Below, one piece after another: positions 1-15,000 of a DNA stretch of 64,000 nt; the first letter of the stretch is position 1; every line of letters starts with the position of its first letter. The position numbers and the translations under genes are program-made. Below the pieces are notes generated by a model. That model worked only from the letters and a program-made list of their open reading frames with translations. It made no database searches and was not told where the DNA came from. Source of the DNA: Balanoglossus misakiensis (Eukaryota; Animalia; Hemichordata). The stretch covers positions 12,129,796-12,193,795 of the forward strand of contig CM082592.2 in NCBI GenBank assembly GCA_040954595.2. Direction: 5' to 3'.

Positions 1-3000
1 TATAGGCTCAGAAAATCGTCAAAAATCGACATGTTTCGACTTTGCGAAGTTTGAAAAGTGGTCATTTTTTGATAAAATCTCTGTGAGAGTTATAGCTCAG
101 GAAAATCGTCAAAAATCGACGATTTTTCGACTTTGCGAATTTTGAAATTTGGTCATTTTTTGAATAAATCATGGGTTATAGCTCAGGAAAATCGTCAAAA
201 ATCGACGATTTTTCGACTTTGCGAATTTTGAAAATTTGGTCATTTTTTGAAAAAATCAAGGGGTTATAGCTCAGGAAAATCGTCAAAAATCGACGATTTT
301 TCGACTTTGCGAATTTTGAAAAATTTGGTCATTTTTTGAAAAATCATGGGTTATAGCTCAGGAAAATCGTCAAAAATCGACGATTTTTCGACTTTGCGAA
401 TTTGAAAATTTGGTCATTTTTTGAAAAAATCATGGTTATAGCTCAGGAAAATGTTGAAAAATCGACGATTTTTCGACTTTGCGAATTTTGAAAATTTGGT
501 CATTTTTTGAAAAAATCATGGGTTAAGCTCAGGAAAATGTTGAAAAATCGACGATTTTCGACTTTGCGAATTTTGAAAATTTGGTCATTTTTGAAAAAAT
601 CATGGGTTTATAGCTCAGGAAAATCGTCAAAAATCGACGATTTTTCGACTTTGCGAATTTTGAAAATTTGGTCATTTTTTGAAAAAATCATGGTTATAGC
701 TCAGGAAAATCGTCAAAAATCGACGATTTTTCGACTTTGCGAATTTTGAAAATTTGGTCATTTTTGAAAAAATCAGGGTTATAGCTCAGGAAAATCGTCA
801 AAAATCGACGATTTTTCGACTTTGCGAATTTTGAAAATTTGGTCATTTTTTGAAAAAATCATGGGTTATAGCTCAGGAAAATCGTCAAAAAATCGACGAT
901 TTTTCGACTTTGCGAATTTTGAAAATTTGGTCATTTTTTGAAAAAATCATGGGTTATAGCTCAGGAAAATGTTGAAAAATCGACGATTTTTCGACTTTGC
1001 GAATTTTGAAAATTTGGTCATTTTTTTGAAAAAATCATGGGTTATAGCTCAGGAAAATCGTCAAAAATCGACGATTTTTCGACTTTGCGAATTTTGAAAA
1101 TTTGGTCATTTTTTGAAAAAATCATGGGTTATAGCTCAGGAAAATGTTGAAAAATCGACGATTTTTCGACTTTGCGAATTTTGAAAATTTGGTCATTTTT
1201 TGAAAAAATCATGGGTTATAGCTCAGGAAAATCGTCAAAAATCGACGATTTTTCGACTTTGCGAATTTTGAAAATTTGGTCATTTTTTGAAAAAATCATG
1301 GGTTATAGCTCAGGAAAATGTTGAAAAATCGACGATTTTTCGACTTTGCGAATTTTGAAAATTTGGTCATTTTTTGAAAAAATCATGGGTTATAGCTCAG
1401 GAAAATGTTGAAAATCGACGATTTTTCGCTTTTGCGAATTTTGAAAATTTGGTCATTTTTTGAAAAAATCATGGGTTATAGCTCAGGAAAATGTTGAAAA
1501 ATCGACGATTTTTCGACTTTGCGAATTTTGAAAATTTGGTCATTTTTTTGAAAAAATCATGGGTTATAGCTCAGGAAAATCGTCAAAAATCGACGATTTT
1601 TCGACTTTGCGAATTTTGAAAATTTGGTCATTTTTTGAAAAAATCATGGGTTATAGCTCAGGAAAATGTTGAAAAATCGACGATTTTTCGACTTTGCGAA
1701 TTTTGAAAATTTGGTCATTTTTTGAAAAAATCATGGGTTATAGCTCAGGAAAATCGTCAAAAATCGACGATTTTTCGACTTTGCGAATTTTGAAAATTTG
1801 GTCATTTTTTGAAAAAATCATGGGTTATAGCTCAGGAAAATGTTGAAAAATCGACGATTTTTCGACTTTGCGAATTTGAAAATTTGGTCATTTTTTGAAA
1901 AAATCATGGGTTATAGCTCAGGAAAATCGTCAAAAATCGACGATTTTTCGACTTTGCGAATTTTGAAAATTTGGTCATTTTTTGAAAAAATCATGGGTTA
2001 TAGCTCAGGAAAATCTTGAAAAATCGACGATTTTTCGACTTTGCGAATTTTGAAAATTTGGTCATTTTTTGAAAAAATCATGGGTTATAGCTCAGGAAAA
2101 TCGTCAAAAATCGACGATTTTTCGACTTTGCGAATTTTGAAAATTTGGTCATTTTTGAAAAAATCATGGGTTATAGCTCAGGAAAATGTTGAAAAATCGA
2201 CGATTTTTCGACTTTGCGAATTTTGAAAATTTGGTCATTTTTTGAAAAAATCATGGGTTATAGCTCAGGAAAATCGTCAAAAATCGACGATTTTTCGACT
2301 TTGCGAATTTTGAAAATTTGGTCATTTTTTGAAAAAATCATGGGTTATAGCTCAGGAAAATCGTGAAAAATCGACGATTTTTCGACTTTGCGAATTTTGA
2401 AAATTTGGTCATTTTTTGAAAAAATCATGGGTTATAGCTCAGGAAAATGTTGAAAAATCGACGATTTTTCGACTTTGCGAATTTTGAAAATTTGGTCATT
2501 TTTTGAAAAAATCATGGGTTATAGCTCAGGAAAATGTTGAAAAAATCGACGATTTTTCGACTTTGCGAATTTTGAAAATTTGGTCATTTTTTGAAAAAAT
2601 CATGGGTTATAGCTCAGGAAAATCGTCAAAAATCGACGATTTTTCGACTTTGCGAATTTTGAAAATTTGGTCATTTTTTGAAAAAATCATGGGTTATAGC
2701 TCAGGAAAATGTTGAAAATCGACGATTTTTCGACTTTGCGAATTTTGAAAATTTGGTCATTTTTTGAAAAAATCATGGGTTATAGCTCAGGAAAATCGTC
2801 AAAAATCGACGATTTTTCGACTTTGCGAATTTTGAAAATTTGGTCATTTTTTGAAAAAATCATGGGTTATAGCTCAGGAAAATCGTCAAAAATCGACGAT
2901 TTTTCGACTTTGCGAATTTTGAAAATTTGGTAATTTTTTGAAAAAATCATGGGTTATAGCTCAGGAAAATGTTGAAAAATCGACGATTTTTCGACTTTGC

Positions 3001-6000
3001 GAATTTTGAAAATTTGGTCATTTTTTGAAAAAATCATGGGTTATAGCTCAGGAAAATGTTGAAAAATCGACGATTTTTCGACTTTGCGAATTTTGAAAAT
3101 TTGGTCATTTTTTGAAAAAATCATGGGTTATAGCTCAGGAAAATCGTCAAAAATCGACGATTTTTCGACTTTGCGAATTTTGAAAATTTGGTCATTTTTT
3201 GAAAAAATCATGGGTTATAGCTCAGGAAAATGTTCAAAAATCGACGATTTTTCGACTTTGCGAATTTTGAAAATTTGGTCATTTTTTGAAAAAATCATGG
3301 GTTATAGCTCAGGAAAATGTTGAAAAATCGACGATTTTTCGACTTTGCGAATTTTGAAAATTTGGTCATTTTTTGAAAAAATCATGGGTTATAGCTCAGG
3401 AAAATGTTGAAAAATCGACGATTTTTCGGCTTTGCGAATTTTGAAAATTTGGTCATTTTTTGAAAAAATCATGGGTTATAGCTCAGGAAAATCGTCAAAA
3501 ATCGACGATTTTTCGACTTTGCGAATTTTGAAAATTTGGTCATTTTTTGAAAAAATCATGGGTTATAGCTCAGGAAAATCGTCAAAAATCGACGATTTTT
3601 CGACTTTGCGAATTTTGAAAATTTGGTCATTTTTTGAAAAAATCATGGGTTATAGCTCAGGAAAATGTCAAAAATCGACGATTTTTCGACTTTGCGAATT
3701 TTGAAAATTTGGTCATTTTTTGAAAAAATCATGGGTTATAGCTCAGGAAAATGTTGAAAAATCGACGATTTTTCGACTTTGCGAATTTTGAAAATTTGGT
3801 CATTTTTTGAAAAAATCATGGGTTATAGCTCAGGAAAATGTTGAAAAATCGACGATTTTTCGGCTTTGCGAATTTTGAAAATTTGGTCATTTTTTGAAAA
3901 AATCATGGGTTATAGCTCAGGAAAATCGTCAAAAATCGACGATTTTTCGACTTTGCGAATTTTGAAAATTTGGTCATTTTTTGAAAAAATCATGGGTTAT
4001 AGCTCAGGAAAATCGTCAAAAATCGACGATTTTTCGACTTTGCGAATTTTGAAAATTTGGTCATTTTTTGAAAAAATCATGGGTTATAGCTCAGGAAAAT
4101 CGTCAAAAATCGACGAATTTTCGACTTTGCGAATTTTGAAAATTTGGTCATTTTTTGAAAAAATCATGGGTTATAGCTCAGGAAAATCGTCAAAAATCGA
4201 CGATTTTTCGACTTTGCGAATTTTGAAAATTTGGTCATTTTTTGAAAAAATCATGGGTTATAGCTCAGGAAAATCGTCAAAAATCGACGATTTTTCGACT
4301 TTGCGAATTTTGAAAATTTGGTCATTTTTTGAAAAAATCATGGGTTATAGCTCAGGAAAATGTTGAAAAATCGACGATTTTTCGACTTTGCGAATTTTGA
4401 AAATTTGGTCATTTTTTGAAAAAATCATGGGTTATAGCTCAGGAAAATGTTGAAAAATCGACGATTTTTCGACTTTGCGAATTTTGAAAATTTGGTCATT
4501 TTTTGAAAAAATCATGGGTTATAGCTCAGGAAAATGTTGAAAAATCGACGATTTTTCGACTTTGCGAATTTTGAAAATTTGGTCATTTTTTGAAAAAATC
4601 ATGGGTTATAGCTCAGGAAAATCGTCAAAAATCGACGATTTTTCGACTTTGCGAATTTTGAAAATTTGGTCATTTTTTGAAAAAATCATGGGTTATAGCT
4701 CAGGAAAATCGTCAAAAATCGACGATTTTTCGACTTTGCGAATTTTGAAAATTTGGTCATTTTTTGAAAAAATCATGGGTTATAGCTCAGGAAAATCGTC
4801 AAAATCGACGATTTTTCGACTTTGCGAATTTTGAAAATTTGGTCATTTTTTGAAAAAATCATGGGTTATAGCTCAGGAAAATGTTGAAAAATCGACGATT
4901 TTTCGACTTTGCGAATTTTGAAAATTTGGTCATTTTTTGAAAAAATCATGGGTTATAGCTCAGGAAAATGTTGAAAAATCGACGATTTTTCGACTTTGCG
5001 AATTTTGAAAATTTGGTCATTTTTTGAAAAAATCATGGGTTATAGCTCAGGAAAATGTTCAAAAATCGACGATTTTTCGACTTTGCGAATTTTGAAAATT
5101 TGGTCATTTTTTGAAAAAATCATGGGTTATAGCTCAGGAAAATCGTCAAAAATCGACGATTTTTCGACTTTGCGAATTTTGAAAATTTGGTCATTTTTTG
5201 AAAAATCATGGGTTATAGCTCAGGAAAATGTTGAAAAATCGACGATTTTTCGACTTTGCGAATTTTGAAAATTTGGTCATTTTTTGAAAAAAATCCTGGG
5301 TTATAGCTCAGGAAAATCGTCAAAATCGACGATTTTTCGACTTTGCGAATTTTGAAAATTTGGTCATTTTTTGAAAAAATCATGGGTTATAGCTCAGGAA
5401 AATCGTCAAAAATCGACGATTTTTCGACTTTGCGAATTTTGAAAATTTGGTCATTTTTTGAAAAAATCATGGGTTATAGCTCAGGAAAATCGTCAAAAAT
5501 CGACGATTTTTCGACTTTGCGAATTTTGAAAATTTGGTCATTTTTTGAAAAAATCATGGGTTATAGCTCAGGAAAATCGTCAAAAATCGACGATTTTTCG
5601 ACTTTGCGAATTTTGAAAATTTGGTCATTTTTTGAAAAAATCATGGGTTATAGCTCAGGAAAATCGTCAAAATCGACGATTTTTCGACTTTGCGAATTTT
5701 GAAAATTTGGTCATTTTTTGAAAAAATCATGGGTTATAGCTCAGGAAAATGTTGAAAAATCGACGATTTTTCGACTTTGCGAATTTTGAAAATTTGGTCA
5801 TTTTTTGAAAAAATCATGGGTTATAGCTCAGGAAAATCGTCAAAAATCGACGATTTTTCGACTTTGCGAATTTTGAAAATTTGGTCATTTTTTGAAAAAA
5901 TCATGGGTTATAGCTCAGGAAAATGTTGAAAAATCGACGATTTTTCGACTTTGCGAATTTTGAAAATTTGGTCATTTTTTGAAAAAATCATGGGTTATAG

Positions 6001-9000
6001 CTCAGGAAAATCGTCAAAAATCGACGATTTTTCGACTTTGCGAATTTTGAAAATTTGGTCATTTTTTGAAAAAATCATGGGTTATAGCTCAGGAAAATCG
6101 TCAAAAATCGACGATTTTTCGACTTTGCGAATTTTGAAAATTTGGTCATTTTTGAAAAAATCATGGGTTATAGCTCAGGAAAATGTTCAAAAAATCGACG
6201 ATTTTTCGACTTTGCGAATTTTGAAAATTTGGTCATTTTTTGAAAAAATCATGGGTTATAGCTCAGGAAAATGTTCAAAAATCGACGATTTTTCGACTTT
6301 GCGAATTTTGAAAATTTGGTCATTTTTTGAAAAAATCATGGGTTATAGCTCAGGAAAATCGTCAAAAATCGACGATTTTTCGACTTTGCGAATTTTGAAA
6401 ATTTGGTCATTTTTTGAAAAAATCATGGGTTATAGCTCAGGAAAATGTTGAAAAATCGACGATTTTTCGACTTTGCGAATTTTGAAAATTTGGTCATTTT
6501 TTGAAAAAATCATGGGTTATAGCTCAGGAAAATCGTCAAAAATCGACGATTTTTCGACATTGCGAATTTTGAAAATTTGGTCATTTTTTGAAAAAATCAT
6601 GGGTTATAGCTCAGGAAAATCGTCAAAAATCGACGATTTTTCGACTTTGCGAATTTTGAAAATTTGGTCATTTTTTGAAAAAATCATGGGTTATAGCTCA
6701 GGAAAATCGTCAAAAATCGACGATTTTTCGACTTTGCGAATTTTGAAAATTTGGTCATTTTTTGAAAAAATCATGGGTTATAGCTCAGGAAAATCGTCAA
6801 AAATCGACGATTTTTCGACTTTGCGAATTTTGAAAATTTGGTCATTTTTTGAAAAAATCATGGGTTATAGCTCAGGAAAATGTTGAAAAATCGACGATTT
6901 TTCGACTTTGCGAATTTTGAAAATTTGGTCATTTTTGAAAAAATCATGGGTTATAGCTCAGGAAAATCGTCAAAAATCGACGATTTTTCGACTTTGCGAA
7001 TTTTGAAAATTTGGTCATTTTTTGAAAAAATCATGGGTTATAGCTCAGGAAAATCGTCAAAAATCGACGATTTTTCGACTTTGCGAATTTTTGAAAATTT
7101 GGTCATTTTTTGAAAAAATCATGGGTTATAGCTCAGGAAAATCGTCAAAAATCGACGATTTTTCGACTTTGCGAATTTTGAAAATTTGGTCATTTTTGAA
7201 AAAATCATGGGTTATAGCTCAGGAAAATCGTCAAAAATCGACGATTTTTCGACTTTGCGAATTTGAAAATTTGGTCATTTTTTGAAAAAATCATGGGTTA
7301 TAGCTCAGGAAAATCGTCAAAAATCGACGATTTTTCGACTTTGCGAATTTTGAAAATTTGGTCATTTTTTGAAAAAATCATGGGTTATAGCTCAGGAAAA
7401 TCGTCAAAAATCGACGATTTTTCGACTTTGCGAATTTTGAAAATTGGTCATTTTTTGAAAAAATCATGGGTTATAGCTCAGGAAAATCTTGCAAAAATCG
7501 ACGATTTTTCGACTTTGCGAATTTTGAAAATTTGGTCATTTTTTGAAAAAATCATGGGTTATAGCTCAGGAAAATCGTCAAAAATCGACGATTTTTCGAC
7601 TTTGCGAATTTTGAAAATTTGGTCATTTTTTGAAAAAATCATGGGTTATAGCTCAGGAAAATGTTGAAAAATCGACGATTTTTCGACTTTGCGAATTTTG
7701 AAAATTTGGTCATTTTTTGAAAAAATCATGGGTTATAGCTCAGGAAAATGTTGAAAAATCGACGATTTTTCGACTTTGCGAATTTTGAAAATTTGGTCAT
7801 TTTTTGAAAAAATCATGGGTTATAGCTCAGGAAAATGTTGAAAAATCGACGATTTTTCGACTTTGCGAATTTTGAAAATTTGGTCATTTTTTGAAAAAAT
7901 CATGGGTTATAGCTCAGGAAAATGTTCAAAAATCGACGATTTTTCGACTTTGCGAATTTTGAAAATTTGGTCATTTTTTGAAAAAATCATGGGTTATAGC
8001 TCAGGAAAATCGTCAAAAATCGACGATTTTTCGACTTTGCGAATTTTGAAAATTTGGTCATTTTTTGAAAAAATCATGGGTTATAGCTCAGGAAAATGTT
8101 GAAAAATCGACGATTTTTCGACTTTGCGAATTTTGAAAATTTGGTCATTTTTTGAAAAAATCCTGGGTTATAGCTCAGGAAAATCGTCAAAAATCGACGA
8201 TTTTTCGACTTTGCGAATTTTGAAAATTTGGTCATTTTTTGAAAAAATCATGGGTTATAGCTCAGGAAAATCGTCAAAAATCGACGATTTTTCGACTTTG
8301 CGAATTTTGAAAATTTGGTCAATTTTTGAAAAAATCATGGGTTATAGCTCAGGGAAAATCGTCAAAAATCGACGATTTTTCGACTTTGCGAATTTTGAAA
8401 ATTTGGTCATTTTTTGAAAAAATCATGGGTTATAGCTCAGGAAAATCGTCAAAAATCGACGATTTTTCGACTTTGCGAATTTTGAAAATTTGGTCATTTT
8501 TTGAAAAAATCATGGGTTATAGCTCAGGAAAATGTTCAAAATCGACGATTTTTCGACTTTGCGAATTTTGAAAATTTGGTCATTTTTTGAAAAAATCATG
8601 GGTTATAGCTCAGGAAAATGTTCAAAAATCGACGATTTTTCGACTTTGCGAATTTGAAAATTTGGTCATTTTTTGAAAAAATCATGGGTTATAGCTCAGG
8701 AAAATCGTCAAAAATCGACGATTTTCGACTTTGCGAATTTTGAAAATTTGGTCATTTTTTGAAAAAATCATGGGTTATAGCTCAGGAAAATCGTCAAAAA
8801 TCGACGATTTTTCGACTTTGCGAATTTTGAAAATTTGGTCATTTTTTGAAAAAATCATGGGTTATAGCTCCGGAAAATCGTCAAAAATCGACGATTTTTC
8901 GACTTTGCCAATTTTGAAAATTTGGTCATTTTTTGAAAAAATCATGGGTTATAGCTCAGGAAAATCGTCAAAAATCGACGATTTTTCGACTTTGCGAATT

Positions 9001-12000
9001 TTGAAAATTTGGTCATTTTTTGAAAAAATCATGGGTTATAGCTCAGGAAAATGTTGAAAAATCGACGATTTTTCGACTTTGCGAATTTTGAAAATTTGGT
9101 CATTTTTTGAAAAAATCATGGGTTATAGCTCAGGAAAATCGTCAAAAATCGACGATTTTTCGACATTGCGAATTTTGAAAATTTGGTCATTTTTTGAAAA
9201 AATCATGGGTTATAGCTCAGGAAAATCGTCAAAAATCGACGATTTTTCGACTTTGCGAATTTTGAAAATTTGGTCATTTTTTGAAAAAATCATGGGTTAT
9301 AGCTCAGGAAAATCGTCAAAAATCGACGATTTTTCGACTTTGCGAATTTTGAAAATTTGGTCATTTTTTGAAAAAATCATGGGTTATAGCTCAGGAAAAT
9401 CGTCAAAAATCGACGATTTTTCGACTTTGCCAATTTTGAAAATTTGGTCATTTTTTGAAAAAATCATGGGTTATAGCTCAGGAAAATCGTCAAAAATCGA
9501 CGATTTTTCGACTTTGCGAATTTTGAAAATTTGGTCATTTTTTGAAAAAATCATGGGTTATAGCTCAGGAAAATGTTGAAAAATCGACGATTTTTCGACT
9601 TTGCGAATTTTGAAAATTTGGTCATTTTTTGAAAAAATCATGGGTTATAGCTCAGGAAAATCGTCAAAAATCGACGATTTTTCGACATTGCGAATTTTGA
9701 AAATTTGGTCATTTTTTGAAAAAATCATGGGTTATAGCTCAGGAAAATCGTCAAAAATCGACGATTTTTCGACTTTGCGAATTTTGAAAATTTGGTCATT
9801 TTTTGAAAAAATCATGGGTTATAGCTCAGGAAAATCGTCAAAAATCGACGATTTTTCGACTTTGCGAATTTTGAAAATTTGGTCATTTTTTGAAAAAATC
9901 ATGGGTTATAGCTCAGGAAAATCGTCAAAAATCGACGATTTTTCGACTTTGCCAATTTTGAAAATTTGGTCATTTTTTGAAAAAATCATGGGTTATAGCT
10001 CAGGAAAATCGTCAAAAATCGACGATTTTTCGACTTTGCGAATTTTGAAAATTTGGTCATTTTTTGAAAAAATCATGGGTTATAGCTCAGGAAAATGTTG
10101 AAAAATCGACGATTTTTCGACTTTGCGAATTTTGAAAATTTGGTCATTTTTTGAAAAAATCATGGGTTATAGCTCAGGAAAATCGTCAAAAATCGACGAT
10201 TTTTCGACATTGCGAATTTTGAAAATTTGGTCATTTTTTGAAAAAATCATGGGTTATAGCTCAGGAAAATCGTCAAAAATCGACGATTTTTCGACTTTGC
10301 CAATTTTGAAAATTTGGTCATTTTTTGAAAAAATCATGGGTTATAGCTCAGGAAAATCGTCAAAAATCGACGATTTTTCGACTTTGCGAATTTTGAAAAT
10401 TTGGTCATTTTTTGAAAAAATCATGGGTTATAGCTCAGGAAAATCGTCAAAAATCGACGATTTTTCGACTTTGCCAATTTTGAAAATTTGGTCATTTTTT
10501 GAAAAAATCATGGGTTATAGCTCAGGAAAATCGTCAAAAATCGACGATTTTTCGACTTTGCGAATTTTGAAAATTTGGTCATTTTTTGAAAAAATCATGG
10601 GTTATAGCTCAGGAAAATGTTGAAAAATCGACGATTTTTCGACTTTGCGAATTTTGAAAATTTGGTCATTTTTTGAAAAAATCATGGGTTATAGCTCAGG
10701 AAAATCGTCAAAAATCGACGATTTTTCGACATTGCGAATTTTGAAAATTTGGTCATTTTTTGAAAAAATCATGGGTTATAGCTCAGGAAAATCGTCAAAA
10801 ATCGAAGATTTTTCGACTTTGCGAATTTTGAAAATTTGGTCATTTTTTGAAAAAATCATGGGTTATAGCTCAGGAAAATCGTCAAAAATCGACGATTTTT
10901 CGACTTTGCGAATTTTGAAAATTTGGTCATTTTTTGAAAAAATCATGGGTTATAGCTCAGGAAAATCGTCAAAAATCGACGATTTTTCGACTTTGCGAAT
11001 TTTGAAAATTTGGTCATTTTTTGAAAAAATCATGGGTTATAGCTCAGGAAAATCGTCAAAAATCGACGATTTTTCGACTTTGCGAATTTTGAAAATTTGG
11101 TCATTTTTTGAAAAAATCATGGGTTATAGCTCAGGAAAATCGTCAAAAATCGAAGATTTTTCGACTTTGCGAATTTTGAAAATTTGGTCATTTTTTGAAA
11201 AAATCATGGGTTATAGCTCAGGAAAATCGTCAAAAATCGACGATTTTTCGACTTTGCGAATTTTGAAAATTTGGTCATTTTTTGAAAAAATCATGGGTTA
11301 TAGCTCAGGAAAATGTTGAAAAATCGACGATTTTTCGACTTTGCGAATTTTGAAAATTTGGTCATTTTTTGAAAAAATCATGGGTTATAGCTCAGGAAAA
11401 TCGTCAAAAATCGAAGATTTTTCGACTTTGCGAATTTTGAAAATTAGGTCATTTTTTGAAAAAATCATGGGTTATAGCTCAGGAAAATCGTCAAAAATCG
11501 AAGATTTTTCGACTTTGCGAATTTTGAAAATTTGGTCATTTTTTGAAAAAATCATGGGTTATAGCTCAGGAAAATCGTCAAAAATCGACGATTTTTCGAC
11601 TTTGCGAATTTTGAAAATTTGGTCATTTTTTGAAAAAATCATGGGTTATAGCTCAGGAAAATCGTCAAAAATCGACGATTTTTCGACTTTGCGAATTTTG
11701 AAAATTTGGTCATTTTTTGAAAAAATCATGGGTTATAGCTCAGGAAAATGTTGAAAAATCGACGATTTTTCGACTTTGCGAATTTTGAAAATTTGGTCAT
11801 TTTTTGAAAAAATCATGGGTTATAGCTCAGGAAAATCGTCAAAAATCGACGATTTTTCGACTTTGCGAATTTTGAAAATTTGGTCATTTTTTGAAAAAAT
11901 CATGGGTTATAGCTCAGGAAAATCGTCAAAAATCGACGATTTTTCGACATTGCGAATTTTGAAAATTTGGTCATTTTTTGAAAAAATCATGGGTTATAGC

Positions 12001-15000
12001 TCAGGAAAATCGTCAAAAATCGAAGATTTTTCGACTTTGCGAATTTTGAAAATTTGGTCATTTTTTGAAAAAATCATGGGTTATAGCTCAGGAAAATCGT
12101 CAAAAATCGACGATTTTTCGACTTTGCGAATTTTGAAAATTTGGTCATTTTTTGAAAAAATCATGGGTTATAGCTCAGGAAAATCGTCAAAAATCGACGA
12201 TTTTTCGACTTTGCGAATTTTGAAAATTTGGTCATTTTTTGAAAAAATCATGGGTTATAGCTCAGGAAAATCGTCAAAAATCGACGATTTTTCGACTTTG
12301 CGAATTTTGAAAATTTGGTCATTTTTTGAAAAAATCATGGGTTATAGCTCAGGAAAATCGTCAAAAATCGAAGATTTTTCGACTTTGCGAATTTTGAAAA
12401 TTTGGTCATTTTTTGAAAAAATCATGGGTTATAGCTCAGGAAAATCGTCAAAAATCGACGATTTTTCGACTTTGCGAATTTTGAAAATTTGGTCATTTTT
12501 TGAAAAAATCATGGGTTATAGCTCAGGAAAATGTTGAAAAATCGACGATTTTTCGACTTTGCGAATTTTGAAAATTTGGTCATTTTTTGAAAAAATCATG
12601 GGTTATAGCTCAGGAAAATCGTCAAAAATCGACGATTTTTCGACTTTGCGAATTTTGAAAATTTGGTCATTTTTTGAAAAAATCATGGGTTATAGCTCAG
12701 GAAAATCGTCAAAAATCGACGATTTTTCGACATTGCGAATTTTGAAAATTTGGTCATTTTTTGAAAAAATCATGGGTTATAGCTCAGGAAAATCGTCAAA
12801 AATCGAAGATTTTTCGACTTTGCGAATTTTGAAAATTTGGTCATTTTTTGAAAAAATCATGGGTTATAGCTCAGGAAAATCGTCAAAAATCGACGATTTT
12901 TCGACTTTGCGAATTTTGAAAATTTGGTCATTTTTTGAAAAAATCATGGGTTATAGCTCAGGAAAATCGTCAAAAATCGACGATTTTTCGACTTTGCGAA
13001 TTTTGAAAATTTGGTCATTTTTTGAAAAAATCATGGGTTATAGCTCAGGAAAATCGTCAAAAATCGACGATTTTTCGACTTTGCGAATTTTGAAAATTTG
13101 GTCATTTTTTGAAAAAATCATGGGTTATAGCTCAGGAAAATCGTCAAAAATCGAAGATTTTTCGACTTTGCGAATTTTGAAAATTTGGTCATTTTTTGAA
13201 AAAATCATGGGTTATAGCTCAGGAAAATCGTCAAAAATCGAAGATTTTTCGACTTTGCGAATTTTGAAAATTAGGTCATTTTTTGAAAAAATCATGGGTT
13301 ATAGCTCAGGAAAATCGTCAAAAATCGAAGATTTTTCGACTTTGCGAATTTTGAAAATTTGGTCATTTTTTGAAAAAATCATGGGTTATAGCTCAGGAAA
13401 ATCGTCAAAAATCGACGATTTTTCGACTTTGCGAATTTTGAAAATTTGGTCATTTTTTGAAAAAATCATGGGTTATAGCTCAGGAAAATCGTCAAAAATC
13501 GACGATTTTTCGACTTTGCGAATTTTGAAAATTTGGTCATTTTTTGAAAAAATCATGGGTTATAGCTCAGGAAAATGTTGAAAAATCGACGATTTTTCGA
13601 CTTTGCGAATTTTGAAAATTTGGTCATTTTTTGAAAAAATCATGGGTTATAGCTCAGGAAAATCGTCAAAAATCGACGATTTTTCGACTTTGCGAATTTT
13701 GAAAATTTGGTCATTTTTTGAAAAAATCATGGGTTATAGCTCAGGAAAATCGTCAAAAATCGACGATTTTTCGACTTTGCCAATTTTGAAAATTTGGTCA
13801 TTTTTTGAAAAAATCATGGGTTATAGCTCAGGAAAATCGTCAAAAATCGACGATTTTTCGACTTTGCGAATTTTGAAAATTTGGTCATTTTTTGAAAAAA
13901 TCATGGGTTATAGCTCAGGAAAATGTTGAAAAATCGACGATTTTTCGACTTTGCGAATTTTGAAAATTTGGTCATTTTTTGAAAAAATCATGGGTTATAG
14001 CTCAGGAAAATCGTCAAAAATCGACGATTTTTCGACATTGCGAATTTTGAAAATTTGGTCATTTTTTGAAAAAATCATGGGTTATAGCTCAGGAAAATCG
14101 TCAAAAATCGACGATTTTTCGACTTTGCGAATTTTGAAAATTTGGTCATTTTTTGAAAAAATCATGGGTTATAGCTCAGGAAAATCGTCAAAAATCGACG
14201 ATTTTTCGACTTTGCGAATTTTGAAAATTTGGTCATTTTTTGAAAAAATCATGGGTTATAGCTCAGGAAAATCGTCAAAAATCGACGATTTTTCGACTTT
14301 GCCAATTTTGAAAATTTGGTCATTTTTTGAAAAAATCATGGGTTATAGCTCAGGAAAATCGTCAAAAATCGACGATTTTTCGACTTTGCGAATTTTGAAA
14401 ATTTGGTCATTTTTTGAAAAAATCATGGGTTATAGCTCAGGAAAATGTTGAAAAATCGACGATTTTTCGACTTTGCGAATTTTGAAAATTTGGTCATTTT
14501 TTGAAAAAATCATGGGTTATAGCTCAGGAAAATCGTCAAAAATCGACGATTTTTCGACATTGCGAATTTTGAAAATTTGGTCATTTTTTGAAAAAATCAT
14601 GGGTTATAGCTCAGGAAAATCGTCAAAAATCGACGATTTTTCGACTTTGCGAATTTTGAAAATTTGGTCATTTTTTGAAAAAATCATGGGTTATAGCTCA
14701 GGAAAATCGTCAAAAATCGACGATTTTTCGACTTTGCGAATTTTGAAAATTTGGTCATTTTTTGAAAAAATCATGGGTTATAGCTCAGGAAAATGTTGAA
14801 AAATCGACGATTTTTCGACTTTGCGAATTTTGAAAATTTGGTCATTTTTTGAAAAAATCATGGGTTATAGCTCAGGAAAATCGTCAAAAATCGACGATTT
14901 TTCGACTTTGCGAATTTTGAAAATTTGGTCATTTTTTGAAAAAATCATGGGTTATAGCTCAGGAAAATCGTCAAAAATCGACGATTTTTCGACTTTGCGA